From Tubulanus polymorphus (lineage: Eukaryota > Animalia > Nemertea), in contig NC_134027.1 of assembly GCF_964204645.1 (NCBI RefSeq), positions 26,436,560 through 26,500,559 of the forward strand: 64,000 nt of DNA, given 5' to 3'. The notes under the pieces were generated by a model. The model worked only from the letters and a program-made list of their open reading frames with translations, had not been told where the DNA came from and did no database searches. Positions 63,761 through 64,000 of the stretch are shown here, piece by piece; position 1 is the first letter of the stretch, and each line of letters opens with the position of its first letter. The translations under genes were made by a program, and so were the position numbers.

Positions 63761-64000
63761 CGGAAGCCCCTAGGTGACATACGAGAAAGTTTTTTCACAA
63801 TTTCGACTTATTTAGTCGAAATTCGACTTATTAAGTCGAATTTCGAGTTTTATTTTCATGTCGAATTTCGACTTATTAAGTCGAAATTCGACTTAATTAA
63901 CACGAAATTCGACTTATTATGTCGAATTTCGACTTATCATGTCGAAATTCGACTTAATAAGTCGAAATTATGAAAAAAGTTATCTCATATGTCACCTAGG
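63761..64000. mobile_element. MITE with long TIRs and internal GTCGAAATTCGACTTA repeats; right end runs off the window
   Basis: CCTAGGTGACATACGAGAAAG at 63769 mirrors CTCATATGTCACCTAGG at 63984-64000. Confidence 0.72.

Overview
AT-rich, intron-rich genomic DNA from an invertebrate animal, probably a protostome (inferred from the contactin's N-terminal C-type-lectin-like domain). Left to right it holds: (1) the first coding exon of a PDZRN3/4-like RING-TRAF E3 ligase (minus strand; the gene continues off the left edge); (2) a complete 24-coding-exon contactin (minus, about 1222 aa); (3) a complete SLMAP gene (minus, about 25 coding exons, FHA + coiled coil + tail anchor, with candidate microexons); (4) five JHAMT-like SAM methyltransferase paralogues, one inverted; (5) inside that cluster, an unrecognised 692-aa single-pass membrane protein ending in a PDZ-ligand-like motif. 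The introns are full of MITEs, two SINEs and minisatellites, several of which appear derived from MITE sequence. The most notable points are a foldback repeat family carrying minimal hammerhead-ribozyme motifs, a contactin-PDZRN order matching vertebrate CNTN1-PDZRN4 and CNTN3-PDZRN3, heptad-sized SLMAP exons, and active-site divergence among the methyltransferases. Exon boundaries were read by eye and checked for frame; no database searches were run.
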